Source: a virus
Strand: one strand, 5' to 3'
Length of the DNA stretch: 64,000 nt
Virus record (IMG/VR): IMGVR_UViG_3300013794_000014
Span: 32,001 to 96,000 of that record
The position numbers and the translations under genes are program-made. Below, piece by piece: positions 59,801-64,000 of this stretch; the stretch's first letter is position 1, and every line of letters begins with the position of its first letter. The notes beneath the pieces were generated by a model. The model was not told the origin of the DNA. It was given only the letters and a program-made list of their open reading frames with translations, and ran no database searches.

Positions 59801-62800
59801 TAGGTAAATACCAATGTTTACTAAATACAGAGGTATCAACAGGTGTTTCTCGTGCAATTTTGTTGTATTTCTCTAATGTTGATTCAATATCATGTACAAT
59901 TTGTGTTTTCACCTGTACATCTGGGCCTTCTACTTTAATCTGTTTAACAATTTCTTGTAACTTCTGTAGTTCGATAACGGCATCATGAATACTCATTTTA
60001 CCTTCTTCAACTGCAATTTTAATTTCATCTAACGCTAAAACAACCTTATCTAAGTCATTTAGGTTCGTTGTCGTTGTTCTATCTGTTCCTAATTCTGATT
60101 CAGGTACAAATCTGTTTTCTATGGATGTACCATCTATGAACCTACTTTCAGTACCAATTTCAGGAATACCAAATGCGTGATACTTGAAAACATCAATTAT
60201 TGTACGTATTTTAGTAAATATAGATGTCTTAGCTGGTTCATTGTCAACTAACGTGGATTTAATACCTTGATCTGGCCTTTCTTCAATAGTACTAATGTCT
60301 ACACTTTGAAGTTCAGGCCCACCCTGTGTCGTTGATTTTTCTGGTGTAGTTACTTCTGGGAAATACTTTCTAACGATACTGTCGTTTGTTGGCACTGTCT
60401 GTGGTCCCCAGAAGCTAAGTAAGTCAACAATAGATGTAAGTAACAGTAAGTTTGGTAGGTATTGTAAAACGGATGACGTAATTGCTGATACATTGTCTAC
60501 AAGATTAATGAAATGTTGTTTTGTATCAACTTGCAGATCAACTGTCACTACTGATGCTGATTCTGATTCTTGTGTTAACATATTTTGTGGTTGTGGTTGT
60601 ATTGGTGTTGATGTCGACGTATTTTGCATCTGCTGTAACTGTGATTGTAACTGTGGTATGAGATTTGTCAATAATCCAACGAAGGCAGAAATACCAATGA
60701 TTGCACCAGTAAATGCAACTGCATGTATAGGTGAAATTACACCTCTTTTTGATCTAATATAATCTTCAAATGCATCTCTATGAATACTCTTATAGTATTC
60801 ATGTACAAATGACGGTTTTTGATGTATATACCGTTTTTCTAATTGTTGTAAATAGTTAAACATATGTGCTAAATTCTCATCATTATGTTGTTTTCTAAAT
60901 GTACGCTTTGTAATCCTATCGTAGTAACTAGTAGGGAATGCTTTATGATTAGAGTGTGTTGGTATCTCAGGTAATGTACGTACTCTTCTCCTCTTTTTAC
61001 TCGTTTTATTTAACTCTATATTTCCGTTTTTAATATGGACTGTCGTTCCAGTAAGGTTACTTAATGCTATGATTGCGCTCTGAACTGCTTTTGTAAACCT
61101 TTGCAAACTAATACGTGAACGTGATGTCGTCTTAGTATGCAACGTAACGGCCCATACTGCCTGCATAATACCCGTTACTAATGATCCTAACGTGATTCCT
61201 AGTGCTGTGAGCAAATTCATTATACTGAATATCCCTTCGAACATTTGTAATCCTGCTCCAAATGCTGCACCTCTTGCAGTATCTATTACCATACTAGTAG
61301 CTGATTCAACTGCTTCTTTACCTAAAGGAGTTTGTAGTACTTGTTCTCCTAATTTTGTTAAATGCTGTGTACGTTCGTCTTCTGTAATTTCAAATGAAGC
61401 TTGTAATGCGTTTATCATCATCTCTGTTTGTTTAACAATTTCATTGATACGGTATGTATATGATGTACCCATTATATGTGCAACCGTAACAGAATCTGGT
61501 AATTCTTGCAAGTTCTTTACCAATAATGTCGGTTCCTCTTTTTCTTTGATCATTGCCTGTATTGTCTTACTTAACGCTCCAAAGTCAATTTTCAGTCCAA
61601 GTACCTTAGTAACAGATAGCAGTAAACTATAAATTGCTGATAATATATCTGCAATTAATCCTAACTTTCCAATAATTCTATCAGCCGCTGATGCAACTAA
61701 TGGTGATTCATATCCATATTTGATATCAACTAACGTTCTTAAGTAAGCTGATGCAGTAGACCACGCTAAATATCCTGCCCATTTTTGTTTTGCCGTCTCG
61801 TCTTCACCTGGAGCTGCTGCTACAATTTTATTGAATGCTGTTTGTGCTGTCTGTAACGTTTGTTGTGTAGGTTGTGGTACTGACGTTAGGCGTCCCACTA
61901 GCGTTTGTTCTTGCTTTCCAGTTAGTACATCGACAAATTCACTTGGACTTTGATAATACGTCGCAACCTCCATTAATGCTGCAAATTCCTTCAATGAAAG
62001 ACTTGATACAGCTTTTAAGTAACTCATACCTCCTACTGGATGTAATACGTGGTAACTTGGCATTGAAGCTAATCGTACACCAATTGCTCTAGCATATGCA
62101 TAAGCGTTTGTTGGTACTTCACCGAAAATCTGATCAAGTTTCTTTTCTACTGCTTGTTCTGTTCTTCCACCCATATCACGAACACTTTGAATTGACCACA
62201 TTGACCACATCATACCTAAAGCAGACATTAGAGAGCCTACCAATGTATGAGCAAGCATTTGAACGCCACTATGTATATGTTTCAAAAACTCCGTTGCGAA
62301 CGTTGCAGTAGCATATATGTCGGCCCATTTCTCAGAAACGCCTGCATCAAGTAATTGTTGCCTTGTTTGTTTTTTAATAACCTGTAATTTATGAACAACA
62401 TCTGCACCAGGACGCTGTGCCAGCTGAGATCCAATTTGTGCACGTGCTTCCTGTACAAGTTCATTTACACGCTCAGACATCACTTCTGCTTGTTTATTTA
62501 TCTGTTCACTCGTTTTACTAAACTGTTTTTGTGCTTCTTGTAAACGTCTAGTTAATTCTGGTATCTCATCCTTCATATTACTAATAGTCTTATTCAATGC
62601 ATTAAAGTCTGCTATAATCTCACTTAAAGCATCACCTACTGAGGTTATTCTTGGTTCATTGAAGAATGGTAAATTTTGTTTAAGCGTTTCTGCAATCTCT
62701 TCTTTTGGTATTCCTAAATGCTTATGTAGTAGGTCAATGACGTCATAAATCGCCATACCTTCTGATATTTTTTCAACGTCAAATGGTACACCTACGTCTT

Positions 62801-64000
62801 CTGAAATTTTACTTACAACTTTACGTACTCGATCTACTTGTTGCCCTGTAATAACCCAGTTTCGTGATTCATAGACAAGTGCTTTTCGATAAATCTCATC
62901 AGCAACAGATCGTCCAAATGCTTTTTGTAACGCCTCTTTAATCGTTAAGTTTTTTCTTGTGCCATACCGTTCTTGTAGCTCCGAAATTATATCTTGCGCA
63001 TATGAACCTGCTGTCTTTAACTTAAGTCTTGTCTTAATAACGTCTTGAATTTCTGCTTTTTGCATATGTTCACGTATTACGTTGTAAAATGCAGGACCCA
63101 ACGCTTCATGTAAGAATAATGCACGAGTTAAAACCCTTTCTTGCTGTGACAATCTTGGTACTGCTAAATTTTTAGTGCCAGGAATCTCTTTCAAATCTTC
63201 TGGGTATAACATTGCAAACAAAGATAATAGTGAGTTACCGGTATTTTGTTGTTGTAGATATTCTAAATAACGTGGTATATTTGTCTGTCGTATTGTGTCT
63301 TGAAGCATTCCTAAGACTAAGTTGGTTGAAACGTGTCTCATACGTTGATTTAACCCTTCTATAATTGCTGCATGGAATGGTGCTAATTCTGGCCCAAACT
63401 GAATAAACGCATCAAGTGTTCTTGATTTCATAATTAAGTTCATTCTGTATAATTGGTTCAATAAATCCATTGTTGTCTGTACTTGCTGTAACTGTTCAAT
63501 TGCTGCTTTAGTAAAGTCAAATGAACTTAAGGCACCAGTTGTAATAGTAATAGTACGATGTTGCATCAACGGCACTGTTAATTCAACACCTTGTAATGCA
63601 TGTGCTAAATGTACACTTTTATTTGCCAAATTACCTAAATCTTTTGCAACATCATGTATACTTCTACTTGAACGGCTTGCAATTTCACCTAGTCCTTGAA
63701 TTACATCAGATAGAACAACTATATTGTCTGCAGCAATTCCAACTGCAAGTCTCAATGATTCCCTGACATTTTCGTTTGTAATGAACTCGAACGCTTTTCG
63801 TATATCTTTATCTTTTATATGCGGTATTAACTGTTCGAGGTGTGTAATATTCTTTACGTCTTCAATACCAAATTGTCTAGCTAAATGTGAAATTAAAATA
63901 CCTTCTGCAATAGTTTTCTGATTTGCAGGTAAGTTTTCGAGTACTCCAATTATAGCGGCATAAGTTGTTAAGTTTTCAAGGAAACCACCTTTACCTTCTT
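56859..64000 (-). CDS. Giant tape-measure-like / internal virion protein (5' partial, >2,370 aa)
   Basis: The frame stays open beyond 63755 to the window end. Long helical A/Q/G-rich protein with hydrophobic segments and a GKSILKKIPIV...GDWIGALGELASG motif seen in tape-measure-type proteins. Confidence 0.7.
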   Translation of the reverse strand, partial: EGKGGFLENLTTYAAIIGVLENLPANQKTIAEGILISHLARQFGIEDVKNITHLEQLIPHIKDKDIRKAFEFITNENVRESLRLAVGIAADNIVVLSDVIQGLGEIASRSSRSIHDVAKDLGNLANKSVHLAHALQGVELTVPLMQHRTITITTGALSSFDFTKAAIEQLQQVQTTMDLLNQLYRMNLIMKSRTLDAFIQFGPELAPFHAAIIEGLNQRMRHVSTNLVLGMLQDTIRQTNIPRYLEYLQQQNTGNSLLSLFAMLYPEDLKEIPGTKNLAVPRLSQQERVLTRALFLHEALGPAFYNVIREHMQKAEIQDVIKTRLKLKTAGSYAQDIISELQERYGTRKNLTIKEALQKAFGRSVADEIYRKALVYESRNWVITGQQVDRVRKVVSKISEDVGVPFDVEKISEGMAIYDVIDLLHKHLGIPKEEIAETLKQNLPFFNEPRITSVGDALSEIIADFNALNKTISNMKDEIPELTRRLQEAQKQFSKTSEQINKQAEVMSERVNELVQEARAQIGSQLAQRPGADVVHKLQVIKKQTRQQLLDAGVSEKWADIYATATFATEFLKHIHSGVQMLAHTLVGSLMSALGMMWSMWSIQSVRDMGGRTEQAVEKKLDQIFGEVPTNAYAYARAIGVRLASMPSYHVLHPVGGMSYLKAVSSLSLKEFAALMEVATYYQSPSEFVDVLTGKQEQTLVGRLTSVPQPTQQTLQTAQTAFNKIVAAAPGEDETAKQKWAGYLAWSTASAYLRTLVDIKYGYESPLVASAADRIIGKLGLIADILSAIYSLLLSVTKVLGLKIDFGALSKTIQAMIKEKEEPTLLVKNLQELPDSVTVAHIMGTSYTYRINEIVKQTEMMINALQASFEITEDERTQHLTKLGEQVLQTPLGKEAVESATSMVIDTARGAAFGAGLQMFEGIFSIMNLLTALGITLGSLVTGIMQAVWAVTLHTKTTSRSRISLQRFTKAVQSAIIALSNLTGTTVHIKNGNIELNKTSKKRRRVRTLPEIPTHSNHKAFPTSYYDRITKRTFRKQHNDENLAHMFNYLQQLEKRYIHQKPSFVHEYYKSIHRDAFEDYIRSKRGVISPIHAVAFTGAIIGISAFVGLLTNLIPQLQSQLQQMQNTSTSTPIQPQPQNMLTQESESASVVTVDLQVDTKQHFINLVDNVSAITSSVLQYLPNLLLLTSIVDLLSFWGPQTVPTNDSIVRKYFPEVTTPEKSTTQGGPELQSVDISTIEERPDQGIKSTLVDNEPAKTSIFTKIRTIIDVFKYHAFGIPEIGTESRFIDGTSIENRFVPESELGTDRTTTTNLNDLDKVVLALDEIKIAVEEGKMSIHDAVIELQKLQEIVKQIKVEGPDVQVKTQIVHDIESTLEKYNKIARETPVDTSVFSKHWYLPIEYEMRTMFGTSDTVGVERFGLPLTTDNNELIERYRKQVDASMNKPFYPGRTFVRIVAYENMLEESFYEKFPILRKYAPHMYRGTAWMVTINEILGHTIGWRPLPEQPIFGYNMPKFGWEQSLNTLDYMVTVPTAFGTVLNDLSKYIPQLGKIADSAPFRYLFKYGQATLSLSDFVRFNEYTRLGLYGHAVESTLGYTPQGNLIQLILNSLFGDKIQHSLDQWIKEVYEDTGINLGPTINAAAIGFQYGIGKGIKSAIVNAIVGAIAGTAVSPFAETPKVKYDYLLPSDLGMDIYTYAEQIGADPYTFLANVTAGAEKIVTPWGEPAYKKENIIVYADESGNIRVVDTQTFESYVEHWQDEWNVDNTEEIVNRIKENKRKMETSQNINRVAQATGIVSTIGGGKAAYTEYKKTGSIKKALKKFFSTSAKLSALGAAATSLYSFASGDWQSGILYGLYAALEPTAEWALGKIFGWGDEDDDDEGKGKGKGGGKKKGKGKGIIGKVKSFLEDIRLPKIQVPESITKAAGSLTDNRWFRTLLKTRYGKIVAPVLIPVAPSLGLEFDPTSQPSSPTDETVAVTPQDVQELHEYHQGNIISDIISLGTSIYSHVTTKQAAKQAAKAAGKSILKKIPIVSTVTSGIFAYQRWQEGDWIGALGELASGIVANVPVVGTAASVAIDAALLGWDTYRYYKDIQAIEQSTSEQSIPTNVTETEEESSSIISQPIFGGGGVLIELLANLLSGLVQQSETEDKLITKLEEIETNYLEEYKKMVVDINVIKTELQNKDKSQTTTQDNVQQTQQQDKQKYEQKKQPTTQLLSQIYNVLRQKSESVITKLSENTVQITNAISQNTTTLGQKLVEIKNEITSTAGAIVTKIQNSTISIIRQMNKQIQAIKAVGQLISDSINTLATKLESSLNALTNSITQGFQSLENNLKQTMAMHTSTTLTALNTQQMNIISSVSSIVSNVVSQISSVQPYIWQI

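Larger units (their letters stand above)
1..64000. mobile_element. Segment of a large tailed archaeal virus genome (Caudoviricetes-like), probably infecting an anaerobic euryarchaeon (Methanococcales-like host inferred)
   Basis: Portal, tape-measure-like, baseplate and tail-fibre genes are mixed with an archaeal-type replisome, a histone and nucleotide metabolism genes. GGTGA/GAGGTG SD motifs occur throughout and there are no cellular housekeeping operons. Confidence 0.9.

Noticed and set aside
110-63921. Numerous short antisense or alternate-frame ORFs (e.g. 110..589, 4133..4636, 17955..18368, 51833..52198, 61192..61632)
   Set aside because: They lie wholly over well-supported genes, lack SD motifs, and have shadow-ORF composition.
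1-64000. tRNA or rRNA genes; Borg-type element
   Set aside because: Intergenic gaps are short and AT-rich with no cloverleaf seen. Portal and tail genes indicate a tailed virus, and the repeats are short and imperfect.

Overview
AT-rich, densely coding segment of a large head-tailed (Caudoviricetes-like) archaeal virus. Evidence: GGTGA-type Shine-Dalgarno sites before most genes, an HMf-type histone, and archaeal-type replication genes (PolB, RFC, MCM-like, RecJ/DHH, ERCC4). It also has a portal protein, a >2,300-aa tape-measure-like protein running off the right end, and two tail/adhesin blocks (DUF2341-, LamG- and PA14-like modules). The class III ribonucleotide reductase points to an anaerobic host, and the dCTP deaminase resembles the Methanocaldococcus type, so a Methanococcales-like host is inferred. 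Four features stand out. (1) An unusually small, split two-barrel RNA polymerase (about 44.1-46.4 kb): a beta'-like DPBB with RxP...DADIDGD, an adjacent beta-like DPBB with GDK...HGQKG, and possible clamp and Rpo12-like partners. (2) A 7-deazaguanine DNA-modification pathway (QueE, DpdA/TGT-like, FolE2/MptA, GAT-QueC) whose operon also contains a GT-B glycosyltransferase-like gene and DUF366, suggesting a new hypermodified base. (3) An HslU-type AAA+ unfoldase with no HslV in the window, ending in a proteasome-docking-type HbYX tail. (4) A divergent viral histone. All calls rest on motif recognition by eye; no searches were run. No tRNA, CRISPR array, integrase, terminase or major capsid gene was recognised in this window.
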